Assembly (NCBI GenBank): GCA_027035985.1 | Contig: JALVTI010000030.1 | Coordinates: forward strand, 1 to 50,775 | Origin: Aquificales bacterium | Lineage (GTDB): Bacteria > Aquificota > Aquificia > Aquificales > QOAS01 | Direction: 5' to 3' | DNA length: 50,775 nt | Part shown: positions 25,632-36,794 of the stretch, one piece after another | How the letters are laid out: every line of letters begins with the position of its first letter | Numbering within the stretch: the stretch's first letter is position 1 | The notes under the pieces: model-generated | The model's input: only the letters and a program-made list of their open reading frames with translations | Told to the model about the DNA's origin: nothing | Databases searched by the model: none | Made by a program: the position numbers and the translations under genes

Positions 25632-27578
25632 ATGACCTTTGATGTCCAGAAGTTGGAAGAGACCTTTAAGAGGAATATCGAATTTTTCAAAAAAACCGCA
25701 CCCCTATTGGCGGAAAAGTTTGAAAATTACACCCCCAAGGCGGAACTGATAATAGACCCCTCCGGTCGGGTAAATATTTACGACAAAGAAAAGGAATCCT
25801 ATCTCTATCCCGGCGATGGGAGACTTATAACCGCGAGACAGCTCGCCGAGTGGCTCAAGAAACCTTCTTTTATGACCCTCGCAACCCAACACGTAAAGGG
25901 TAGACCCGAATGGCTCCACACGAGGTATATAAACCGCCTTATAGACCTCCGAAAGGAGTTTTTTGAAAAAAAGGGTCTATCTTTGAGCGGAGAAGTTATT
26001 CCCTCCCTTTTGGTGATGGGGGTAGGTTTGGGGGAACACCTCAAGTTTTTATTGAAAGACCTACCGACGGAAAATGTTTTGGTTATAGAACCCAACGAGG
26101 ACTTTTTTTATATCTCCCTCCACCTCTTGGATTGGGAAGGGCTTTTAAAACCCTTTATAGGTGGGGAGAGAAAAATTTTCCTCCTTTTGGGGGAGGATGC
26201 AAGGGATATAGAAAACGTAGTCGGTTATTTCAACAACATAGGACCCTTTAAGGCGGCGTCAACCTTTTTATACATCCACTATTTGGACGATTTTCTCAAG
26301 AACTACATAAGGCAACTTTCGGAGGAGGTGGTTAGAAATATCTCCTTCTTCGGCTTTTTCGACGACGAACTTATATCCCTAAAGCACACCCTTCAGAACA
26401 TAAAGGCGAAAGTTCCCCTCTTCAACCCCTATGGGAAGGATTTCAACCCCAAGATGCCCGCCGTGGTTGTGGGTTCGGGACCCTCCCTCGACTTTTTGCT
26501 TCCCTATCTGAAGAAATATAGGGACAAGCTTTTCGTGATATCTTGCGGAACAGCTCTTGCCGTTTTGGAAAGGGAGGAGATAGTTCCCGACCTGCACGTC
26601 AATATCGAACGAAACGATACACCTTATAAGGTGGCTGTTTCTACCACCTCCGAAAGTTTCAGAAAAAAAATCCCCTTTCTGGGGGCTAACAACAACTATC
26701 CCCCCTTCTTCGAAGCCTTCGGAAAGAATGCGATGTTTCTAAAGGGAAGCGATTCGGGAGCCGACCTCTTCCCCCACGAAAAGCTTTATTTTGTAAATCC
26801 AACGGTGACCAATACCGGTTTGGCTTTGGCTTACTACCTCGGATTTAAAGAAATTTACCTTTTCGGGGTGGATTTGGCATTTCACGAGAAAAAGCACCAC
26901 GCCAAGGGAACAGCCTACGAAACCTTTTTCGGAAAAGATGTTGAAGAACACTTTAAGGGGGGAATAGAGGTAGAGGGTAACTTTGGAGGGGTCTTAACGA
27001 CCAACTCGATTTTCTACAGCTCCAAAAGGGTTATGGAGCAGGCTATCGAGTATTTCTCCCACAAGAGGAAAGAGTTCAAAGTATTCAATCCCAACAGGGG
27101 GGCGAAAATAAAAGGTGCCCAACCTCTCCCCTTGGAGGATTTGGAAAAAAGACTCTCCTCCCTTCCGGAGGGGGATGAAGGATACCGCAACACCTTTTGG
27201 GATTTGGGTGTGGAACCCATAAAGGAGGAGTGGTTTGACTTTCCCCGCGTAAAGATGCAATTGATGACAAACTTTTTCCAACTCAAGGAGGTTATGGAGG
27301 GGGAACTTTCCAAACTGCTCGGGGGGGAAGATGCCTTTAAAATCCTATCGGAGTTTTACGAATATATTAGAATCCTCCGAAGGCACAACATACTCATTTA
27401 CCGACTCCTCCACGGGACTCTTACCCTCTTTATAGCCCATATGTATGCGGGACTTTTAGCCGACGCCCCAAAGAAGAAAAAAATGGAATACCTAAAGAGG
27501 GCGACCGAACTATTTAAAAAGATGCTCCAAGAGATGGAAAAAGAGATTTACAACCTATACGGGTATTTCCCTTATTGA
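25632..27578 (+). CDS. motility-associated factor (Maf/DUF115) glycosyltransferase-family protein
   Basis: Central MptE-like/DUF115 core: PAVVVGSGPSLD, FVISCGTAL, HVNIERND, LFGVDLAF. 648 aa, as in Maf flagellin-glycosylation proteins. Confidence 0.65.
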   Translation: MTFDVQKLEETFKRNIEFFKKTAPLLAEKFENYTPKAELIIDPSGRVNIYDKEKESYLYPGDGRLITARQLAEWLKKPSFMTLATQHVKGRPEWLHTRYINRLIDLRKEFFEKKGLSLSGEVIPSLLVMGVGLGEHLKFLLKDLPTENVLVIEPNEDFFYISLHLLDWEGLLKPFIGGERKIFLLLGEDARDIENVVGYFNNIGPFKAASTFLYIHYLDDFLKNYIRQLSEEVVRNISFFGFFDDELISLKHTLQNIKAKVPLFNPYGKDFNPKMPAVVVGSGPSLDFLLPYLKKYRDKLFVISCGTALAVLEREEIVPDLHVNIERNDTPYKVAVSTTSESFRKKIPFLGANNNYPPFFEAFGKNAMFLKGSDSGADLFPHEKLYFVNPTVTNTGLALAYYLGFKEIYLFGVDLAFHEKKHHAKGTAYETFFGKDVEEHFKGGIEVEGNFGGVLTTNSIFYSSKRVMEQAIEYFSHKRKEFKVFNPNRGAKIKGAQPLPLEDLEKRLSSLPEGDEGYRNTFWDLGVEPIKEEWFDFPRVKMQLMTNFFQLKEVMEGELSKLLGGEDAFKILSEFYEYIRILRRHNILIYRLLHGTLTLFIAHMYAGLLADAPKKKKMEYLKRATELFKKMLQEMEKEIYNLYGYFPY

Positions 27579-28597
27579 TTCTTCCACCTGTTGGAGAGTT
27601 CCACAAACCTTTTAACGGTCTCCCTTACCCTTCCACTTCTGACGGTTTCCCTCGCCAATTCTACCCCCCTTTGGGGGTTTTCAACCAAACCCGCCGCGGC
27701 GAGGGCGAAGGCGCTGTTTATAACGAGAAAATCTTCAGCCACCTCGTTCCTACCCTCGAGAATTTCTTCGAAAATGCGCACATTGGTTGCGCAATCGCCT
27801 CCCGCAATCTCCTCCAAAGGGCGCCTTTTCAAACCGAAGTCCTCCGGTTTTACCTTATAAACGTTAACCCCTTCGGGGGATATTTCCGCAACCAGGGTTT
27901 CGTCGGTTACGGAGACCTCGTCAAGTCCCTCCATTCCGTGAACCACATACCCCTTTATCACCCCCAAGTTTTTCAAGACGTGGGCTAAAGGTTCGACCAA
28001 ATCGGCGGAGTATACCCCCACCAGTTGGCGTTTCGCACCCGCCGGATTGGAGAGGGGTCCCACCAGGTTGAAAAGCGATTTAACCCCAACCTCCCGCCGC
28101 ACCTTGGCGACACTCTTCATCGCCGGGTGGTAGATAGGTGCAAATAGAAAACCAATTCCCACCTCATCTATAAGTTTTGAAACCGCTTCGGGTGGAAGCT
28201 CTATATATGCCCCCAAAGTCTCTATAAAATCGGCGCTTCCGCATTTGCTCGAAACGGCTCGGTTGCCGTGTTTTGCCACCTTTCCCCCGGCGGCGGCTAC
28301 CACAAAGGCGGTCATAGTTGATACGTTGAAGGTGTCCACCCTGTCGCCTCCCGTTCCGCAGGTGTCGACCAGCTCCTCCGGATGGGGGTAGGGAACTCGG
28401 GTAGCCCACTCGCGAAACTTTTCGGCGGCGGCGGTTATCTCCTCTACCGAAGCGCCCTTCATAGCCATGCCCATGATAAAGGCGCCGATTTGACCCTCGG
28501 TACTTTTACCGCTAACTATATCGGTCAAAGCCTCTTGGAGTTCCTCTTTCGTTAGGTTTTCAAAACGGGATAATTTTCTAATGATGTCCTTACGCAT
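27572..28597 (-). CDS. trpD: anthranilate phosphoribosyltransferase
   Basis: CGTGGDRVDTFNVSTMTAF, KHGNRAVSSKCGSAD and NLVGPLSNPA. Confidence 0.9.
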   Translation of the reverse strand: MRKDIIRKLSRFENLTKEELQEALTDIVSGKSTEGQIGAFIMGMAMKGASVEEITAAAEKFREWATRVPYPHPEELVDTCGTGGDRVDTFNVSTMTAFVVAAAGGKVAKHGNRAVSSKCGSADFIETLGAYIELPPEAVSKLIDEVGIGFLFAPIYHPAMKSVAKVRREVGVKSLFNLVGPLSNPAGAKRQLVGVYSADLVEPLAHVLKNLGVIKGYVVHGMEGLDEVSVTDETLVAEISPEGVNVYKVKPEDFGLKRRPLEEIAGGDCATNVRIFEEILEGRNEVAEDFLVINSAFALAAAGLVENPQRGVELARETVRSGRVRETVKRFVELSNRWKNQ

Positions 28598-29036
28598 ATT
28601 TCTAATGATATTTTTGTTCCCTTTGGCGGTTTTCGGATTGAGTTTCTGCCGTGTGGAGGTCTACAACAATTCCGATATCCAAAAGGGGTTTATAGATAGC
28701 TATTTATCCCAAAAGGTGTTTGAAATACTTACCGAGACCGGATGGGTGAACGACTGCAAAACGGGAAAAACCATAAGGGTAATAGTTGAGAAGGTAACCT
28801 TTAAAGGGAGTTCTATATCGAATAACCGCTTTAGCGGTTATACATTCCGCATAGAGTTCACCATAGAACTCCCAAAGAAAAAGTTTCATTACACCCTAAG
28901 CAGGTATGTAGCCCTACCCAATCCCTCCGAAGGAACCCTTCCTATAAGGGGCGCCTTTATAGATGTTTTGGAAAGTTATCAAATCAACATAAAGAGGGAC
29001 CTATTGCAATACGAAAAACAATTAAAGAAACGTTAA
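28581..29036 (+). CDS. small lipoprotein-like secreted protein (LptE-like?)
   Basis: N-terminal signal sequence ending ...AVFGLSFC, which is lipobox-like. 151 aa. The LptE assignment is only a guess from size and pattern. Confidence 0.4.
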   Translation: MMSLRIFLMIFLFPLAVFGLSFCRVEVYNNSDIQKGFIDSYLSQKVFEILTETGWVNDCKTGKTIRVIVEKVTFKGSSISNNRFSGYTFRIEFTIELPKKKFHYTLSRYVALPNPSEGTLPIRGAFIDVLESYQINIKRDLLQYEKQLKKR

Positions 29037-30037
29037 GAATCCTTTATTTGAAGCAGTTTTTCCTTTTGGGAATACTCCGCCAATCGGTTGGCGAGCTTTA
29101 TAGCCTCCACCGTTGAAGCGGGGTTGCAAATCCCCTTCCACGCTATATCGAAGGCGGTTCCGTGGTCGGGCGAAGTTCGCGGAACGGGCAGACCGAGGGT
29201 GACGTTTACCCCCCTGTCGAAGGCGAGCATCTTGAAGGGTATAAGCCCCTGGTCGTGATACATAGCCAAAAAGACGTCAAACCTCTCCCTAAATTGAGGC
29301 ACAAAGGCTACATCGGGAACTAGGGGACCCTCGCAGTTAATACCCTCTTCCTTTGCCCTTTCAACGGCGGGTTTTATAACCTCCACCTCTTCGGTTCCTA
29401 TCTCCCCACCCTCACCCGCGTGAGGATTTAAACCCAAAACCCCTATTTTCGGTTTTTTTTGGAAATATCTCTCAAATTCCCTTTCGATGAGTCGGAGTTT
29501 TTGAACTATCCCCTCGGCGGAAATACTTTTCGGAACCTCCCTTAAAGGGATATGTATGGTCTGAAGAACCACCTTTAGGGGTTGGGAGTAAAACATCATC
29601 GCAAAGTCCTTAACCCGTTGAAAGAAGGCGACGAACTCGGTCTGCCCCGGAAAGGAGAATTTCCCCCCCTTTTTAGCCCAATACTTGCTTATCGGAAGGG
29701 TGACTATAGCGTCAATCTCCCCGCGTAGGACATCGGCGGACATCCTTCCCAAATAGGTGACCGCAACAAAACCGGCCGCCTCCGAGGGCTTTATTCCGGC
29801 AACCCCCCTAACGCGGTTCAAACTTATCAGATAGACCCCGGGGGATTTAACCTGCGAAATATCCCTTATAGGGGTGTATTGAAAGTTGGGATTAAACCTC
29901 TCCTTGGCGTATCTTAAGACCACCTCCTCCCCGTAGAAGATATAAGCCTTATCCGGCTGAAAGGCTTCGGTAGCCTTGACCGCGCACTCGTAGGAGATAC
30001 CGGCGGGGTCGCCGAGACTTATCGCAATCTTTCTCAC
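29033..30037 (-). CDS. pdxA: 4-hydroxythreonine-4-phosphate dehydrogenase
   Basis: GDPAGISYE, GLNPHAGEGGEIG, AMYHDQGLIPFK and SPDHGTAFDIAWKG. Confidence 0.88.
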   Translation of the reverse strand: MRKIAISLGDPAGISYECAVKATEAFQPDKAYIFYGEEVVLRYAKERFNPNFQYTPIRDISQVKSPGVYLISLNRVRGVAGIKPSEAAGFVAVTYLGRMSADVLRGEIDAIVTLPISKYWAKKGGKFSFPGQTEFVAFFQRVKDFAMMFYSQPLKVVLQTIHIPLREVPKSISAEGIVQKLRLIEREFERYFQKKPKIGVLGLNPHAGEGGEIGTEEVEVIKPAVERAKEEGINCEGPLVPDVAFVPQFRERFDVFLAMYHDQGLIPFKMLAFDRGVNVTLGLPVPRTSPDHGTAFDIAWKGICNPASTVEAIKLANRLAEYSQKEKLLQIKDS

Positions 30038-30055
30038 AAAAGATTATTTATAGAG

Positions 30056-30078
30056 AAAAAGCCCCCTTCGGGGGAAAA
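30056..30078 (-). terminator. rho-independent terminator after the coiled-coil gene
   Basis: The minus strand reads CCCCC-GAAG-GGGGG followed by CTTTTTCTC, 11 nt after the stop at 30089. Confidence 0.5.
30064..30078. repeat. CCCTTCGGGGGAAAA hairpin motif, copy 3 (between the coiled-coil gene and pdxA)
   Basis: Exact 15-mer. Here it doubles as the minus-strand terminator hairpin. Confidence 0.4.
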
Positions 30079-30088
30079 TTTGGGGTAA

Positions 30089-30595
30089 TTATTGGGCTCC
30101 GCCGCTGATGGCTTTGAGTATGGCGTCCCTGGTTGCAGGGATGTTTAGGAGTATGTTGAATATAACGGTACCAACCAACAGCAACCACAAGAAGAACATT
30201 AGACCTTTAACACCACTGGTTTTACCATTGATTTGGTCGAGTTTAGCCTCCATTTCGGATATTTTTCCCTCTAAGCTTTCGAGCTTCTCGCCGAGAGTGT
30301 CGATTTTTCCTATTTGGGTTTGAATTTCCGCTATTCTGGTATCCACATCGCGTAGGACTCTGTCGGCGGCTTCGTTTATCGCGCTTTGAACAACCTCTTT
30401 AATTTCGGAGATGGACTTTTCCTCAACTGCCTTCATCTCGGCGAGGGCGGTCTCTATCTTTTGGAGTATCTCCTCGGCTAGGAGTCTTACTTCGCTTTGG
30501 GCTTGCTGTTTGAGAAATTCGACGAGCTCTTTAGCCTCCTCGTCGCCCAATTTCTCCCTGAGCTTTTCGTAAAGGTCTATTTCGGAAACAATCAT
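30089..30595 (-). CDS. coiled-coil protein with C-terminal transmembrane anchor
   Basis: 168 aa. E/K/L heptad-rich for about 130 aa, then the hydrophobic segment GLMFFLWLLLVGTVIFNILL. Confidence 0.5.
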   Translation of the reverse strand: MIVSEIDLYEKLREKLGDEEAKELVEFLKQQAQSEVRLLAEEILQKIETALAEMKAVEEKSISEIKEVVQSAINEAADRVLRDVDTRIAEIQTQIGKIDTLGEKLESLEGKISEMEAKLDQINGKTSGVKGLMFFLWLLLVGTVIFNILLNIPATRDAILKAISGGAQ

Positions 30596-30649
30596 CTTTC
30601 GACCTCCTTAACAAAAATCTATTAATTAAGTTTAATTAAAAATTGGGGT

Positions 30650-31756
30650 CTAAACCCGAAGGGCAAAACCTTCTTTTTCCATTTCCTTAATAAACCTTTC
30701 GGCAAGCGCATTCACCTCTTCGTCCGATAGGCTCTTTTCCGGGTGTCTCAAGACCACCCTAACCGCTATCGAGACCTTACCCTCACCTATCTTTTCACCC
30801 CTGTAGATGTCGAATATGTAAACCTCCTCCAAGAGGTCGCCGAAAACTTCCTTCGCCACCTTTAGGAGTTTTTCCGAAACACCCACCTCCTCGGGGACGA
30901 CGAAAGCAAAGTCCCTCCTCGTAGGGGGAAACTTCGATATAGCCCTGTATTGGGGTCTCTTTGCCACCTCTTGGAGTTTCTCGAGGTCTACCTCACCGAC
31001 AAAGGGAACCGATTTGAGTTCGAGCTTCTGCGCCGCTTGGGGGTGGAGTTTTCCGAAATACCCCAAAACGGTTTCACCCACCCTTATCTCCGCGCACAGG
31101 TAGGGGTGCATATAGGAGACCTCCTTCGGTCGGACGGAGAAATCCCCCACCCCGAAACGGGACAGAAGCGCTTCCAATACACCCTTAAAGGTTAGAAAAT
31201 CCCATTCCTCCTCACCCCTAAAGTGTTTCCTGAACTTCCCAACCGCCAGCAGTCCCAAAGTGGGAACTTCCCTATCTTCGAGGTAGACCTTACCGAGTTC
31301 GAATATCGCAATATCCCTGCTGAAGTTGTTTTGATTGAATTTGGCGACCTTTACCAGGGAGGGGATGAGCGAAGTCCTCATATGCCTCTGCTCGGCGTTG
31401 AGTGGGTTGACAATCTCCCAATAGGAGGGGAGGTTAAAGAGCTCCCTAAGGCTCTCCTCAATCCAGGGAAAGGTGATAACCTCGTCAAAACCCCTATCGG
31501 TTAGGAGATTTCTAATCTTTTCTTCAAAAGGTCTCCTTATCTCGGTATTCATGGGAAGGGTAGGCTTTTGGGGTTCCACGTTGGTGTATCCGTAAATTCT
31601 TAAGATTTCCTCTATTAGGTCGACATCTTTGGATATGTCGAAACTCCTAAAGGCGGGTATTTTCGAGCTGAAAACCGCATCGAGGGGGATATTCTTTTCT
31701 TCCGCCACTTTTAGGAGTTCCGAATAGGGCATTCTTACCCTAAGAGGTTTCGACAT
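30650..31756 (-). CDS. pheT: phenylalanine--tRNA ligase beta subunit, C-terminal half only (B5-end / core / FDX-ACB)
   Basis: IPAFRSFDISKDVDLIEEILRIYGYTNVEP is the end of the B5 domain. C-terminal FDX-ACB domain: RDFAFVVPEEV...IFDIYRGEKIGEGKVSIAVRVVLRHPEKSLSDEEVN. An in-frame TAG lies 4 codons upstream of the ATG, and fliQ ends 28 nt upstream. Confidence 0.8.
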   Translation of the reverse strand: MSKPLRVRMPYSELLKVAEEKNIPLDAVFSSKIPAFRSFDISKDVDLIEEILRIYGYTNVEPQKPTLPMNTEIRRPFEEKIRNLLTDRGFDEVITFPWIEESLRELFNLPSYWEIVNPLNAEQRHMRTSLIPSLVKVAKFNQNNFSRDIAIFELGKVYLEDREVPTLGLLAVGKFRKHFRGEEEWDFLTFKGVLEALLSRFGVGDFSVRPKEVSYMHPYLCAEIRVGETVLGYFGKLHPQAAQKLELKSVPFVGEVDLEKLQEVAKRPQYRAISKFPPTRRDFAFVVPEEVGVSEKLLKVAKEVFGDLLEEVYIFDIYRGEKIGEGKVSIAVRVVLRHPEKSLSDEEVNALAERFIKEMEKEGFALRV

Positions 31757-31784
31757 AAGTAATAGATACTACGTTAGGAACCTT

Positions 31785-32057
31785 TTACGACCCGAACAGT
31801 TGGGGAATCAGGTTAAAAATTTCCTTTGTGAAGTAGATGAGCTTTTCCAACATCCACCCACCGAGGATAAAAAGCGTAATTATCACCGCTATTATTTTGG
31901 GAATAAAGGCGAGGGTCATTTCCTGTATTTGGGTAGCCGCCTGCAGTATGGAAACAACCAACCCCACTACAAAAGCCGCCAAAAGCACCGGCATGGTTAG
32001 GTAGAGAACTAAAAAGGTAGTTTTTTGACCTATCGAAATTACAAAATCGGGGCTCAT
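31785..32057 (-). CDS. fliQ: flagellar type III export apparatus protein FliQ
   Basis: 90 aa with two TM segments. SILQAATQIQEMTLAFIPKIIAV is the FliQ/HrcS signature region. Confidence 0.85.
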   Translation of the reverse strand: MSPDFVISIGQKTTFLVLYLTMPVLLAAFVVGLVVSILQAATQIQEMTLAFIPKIIAVIITLFILGGWMLEKLIYFTKEIFNLIPQLFGS

Positions 32058-32082
32058 CAGAGGTTAATGATGACACCTTTAA

Positions 32083-34844
<2,762 letters not shown>

Positions 34845-34862
34845 TATCTCGCATTTTGATAT

Positions 34863-35573
34863 TTGATGGTAGGTTTTCCTATTTCACCGCAAAAGGCATT
34901 AAAAATAACCCCTTTCGTAGCCGTTTACGGGACTTTGAAATATGGCTTTCCCAACCACGACCTGCTGAAAACCTCCACCGCTTTGGGTGTCGGTTATACG
35001 CAAATACCCTTTAAGGTTTTCGATGTCGGATACCCCTATGCGGTTCCTTCGGAAGATGGTTCCCCCCTACAGGTAGAGGTTTACAAAATTCCCAACGAAG
35101 GGGTTTTAAAAGAGCTCGATATCCTCGAGGGGTATCCCGAACACTACCAAAGGAGTCCCCTAAAAGTGGTTTTGAGAAATGGAGACACCCTAAAGGGTTG
35201 GCTCTATTACACCCAAAACCCCCGAGGGGAAGAGGTAAAAACGGTCTTCCACGACGGGAAGTTAAACATCGATTACATCACCTGGAGGGGTAGTTATATC
35301 TACCTCCTCGAGTCGCTCGGGGAAGCCTTCCAAAGCGGGGATTTGAGAAGGGCGGAAAACTTCCTAAAGGTGCTAACCCGTTTTTTAAAAACCTACGGAG
35401 GTAGCCACAGAGCGGTTTCTCCCATCTATGGGAAGGTTGTTCCTCTGCTCCTTTCGGCAGAAATTGAAAAGAACAACCTCCTTTTGGATTTTTTAGGGGA
35501 GGTTTACCGCCTCGTAAGGGAGGGGGAGATAAATCCCATTCCCCAATTGGAAGATTTCATTTCAAAAATTTGA
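34863..35573 (+). CDS. gamma-glutamylcyclotransferase (AIG2/GGCT-like) domain protein with a helical C-terminal extension
   Basis: FVAVYGTLKYGFPNH and LDILEGYPEHYQR match AIG2/GGACT motifs. ATG 34866 is the likely start. Confidence 0.65.
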   Translation: MMVGFPISPQKALKITPFVAVYGTLKYGFPNHDLLKTSTALGVGYTQIPFKVFDVGYPYAVPSEDGSPLQVEVYKIPNEGVLKELDILEGYPEHYQRSPLKVVLRNGDTLKGWLYYTQNPRGEEVKTVFHDGKLNIDYITWRGSYIYLLESLGEAFQSGDLRRAENFLKVLTRFLKTYGGSHRAVSPIYGKVVPLLLSAEIEKNNLLLDFLGEVYRLVREGEINPIPQLEDFISKI

Positions 35574-36231
35574 CCGCAAAGAGGACTTTAAAGCCGTAAA
35601 AGGAGACCCTATCGGGGTTTTTTAAAATTTCGAACGCCGAAAGGAGTTTGTTGGGGTTTTTACCTGTCCCGGTTCGCTTGAAAAAAAGCAGGAAATCCCT
35701 CCCCCTAAAGGGGATTTCCAAGTCCTCGACCCAATAGCGGTTGGGTTTTAAAAGCTTCAGCACCCCTTCGGGGGGAGGAAAGGGGAAACCAATCCCCTCG
35801 AGGGAACCCTTTACCGGAAGCGCCAAGAGGAGTCCCTCCCTTGAGACCCTCTCCATCTCGGGGAGCGCCCTTTTCCAATCGCACCAGTGGAGGGCGAAGG
35901 AGGAAACCGACCAATCGAAGGAACCGCTTTTAAAAGGCAACCTCTCGGCGTTGCACAAAACTTTCCGCGGAGCGGGATTTTCCTTTAGAGATTTAAATGA
36001 AATATCGCAGGCGCTTACGGAGGGGGTCAGCTCCAAAAGCCTTTCGGTGAGCAGTCCAACCCCGGCGCCGACGTCCAATATCTCTTTATTAAAGAGGTAG
36101 CCGCCGAAGGCGGAGAGGAGTTTTTCAACCGCCCTCCTCTGCGGGATAGCCCAAGCACGGTAGCTCTTGGAGGCTCTCGAAAACTCCCTCCCAATCTCGC
36201 GGGGTGAAATCCTTCGGAAAGTGTCCCCCAT
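35557..36231 (-). CDS. bioC: SAM-dependent methyltransferase, BioC-like (malonyl-ACP O-methyltransferase)
   Basis: N-terminal FSRASKSYRAWAIPQRR and SAM motif ILDVGAGVGLLT. Immediately downstream of a BioH-like esterase gene. Confidence 0.65.
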   Translation of the reverse strand: MGDTFRRISPREIGREFSRASKSYRAWAIPQRRAVEKLLSAFGGYLFNKEILDVGAGVGLLTERLLELTPSVSACDISFKSLKENPAPRKVLCNAERLPFKSGSFDWSVSSFALHWCDWKRALPEMERVSREGLLLALPVKGSLEGIGFPFPPPEGVLKLLKPNRYWVEDLEIPFRGRDFLLFFKRTGTGKNPNKLLSAFEILKNPDRVSFYGFKVLFAVKFLK

Positions 36232-36787
36232 CGTAAACCGTCAGCCGAAAGCGGGGGTTTAATTTTAGCACCTTCTTCGCCTCCCTAAAGGGGACTATGG
36301 GGTCTTTCCTCCCATGGAGGAGTAGGGTGCGAATTCGCAGTTCCCTTAGGGGGTTTGAGATATCGGTTTGGACAAACTCCCTTAGGAGTTCTTTAGCCCC
36401 CTCCTCCGGCGGGAGGTCTTCGCATATTTCCTCCCCCCAAACGAGGTTTCTAAACTCCCTTACCTTCCCCCCGAAGTTCTCTTCCAGCTCCTTAAAGAAC
36501 CTCTCGAGGTATTCCCTCTTCCAAGCCTTCCCAAAGTGAGGTGTGGCTCCTATCAAGACCAACCCTTTCGGGGGATTTTCTAGGGAAGCCAACACCGAAA
36601 GGGTTGCCCCCAAAGACCAACCCACCAAGAGGGTATCCCCATCTATCCTTTCGGCCAACCTTTGGACTTCCTCCCCCAAGGACTTGTATTCCAAGCGGTG
36701 GTGCCCCACATCTCCCAGACCTTCGAGGGGTTTGAAGACCTCGGGACAAAAAGCCCACCCGTGGACGGTGAGAATTTTTAAACCCAT
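36125..36787 (-). CDS. alpha/beta hydrolase, BioH-like pimeloyl-ACP methyl ester esterase
   Basis: Nucleophile elbow VGWSLGA, Asp in HGRKDPIV, His in DGGHFP. 220 aa. Its 3' end overlaps the bioC-like start by 107 nt. Confidence 0.6.
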   Translation of the reverse strand: MGLKILTVHGWAFCPEVFKPLEGLGDVGHHRLEYKSLGEEVQRLAERIDGDTLLVGWSLGATLSVLASLENPPKGLVLIGATPHFGKAWKREYLERFFKELEENFGGKVREFRNLVWGEEICEDLPPEEGAKELLREFVQTDISNPLRELRIRTLLLHGRKDPIVPFREAKKVLKLNPRFRLTVYDGGHFPKDFTPRDWEGVFESLQELPCLGYPAEEGG

Positions 36788-36794
36788 TTGGGGT

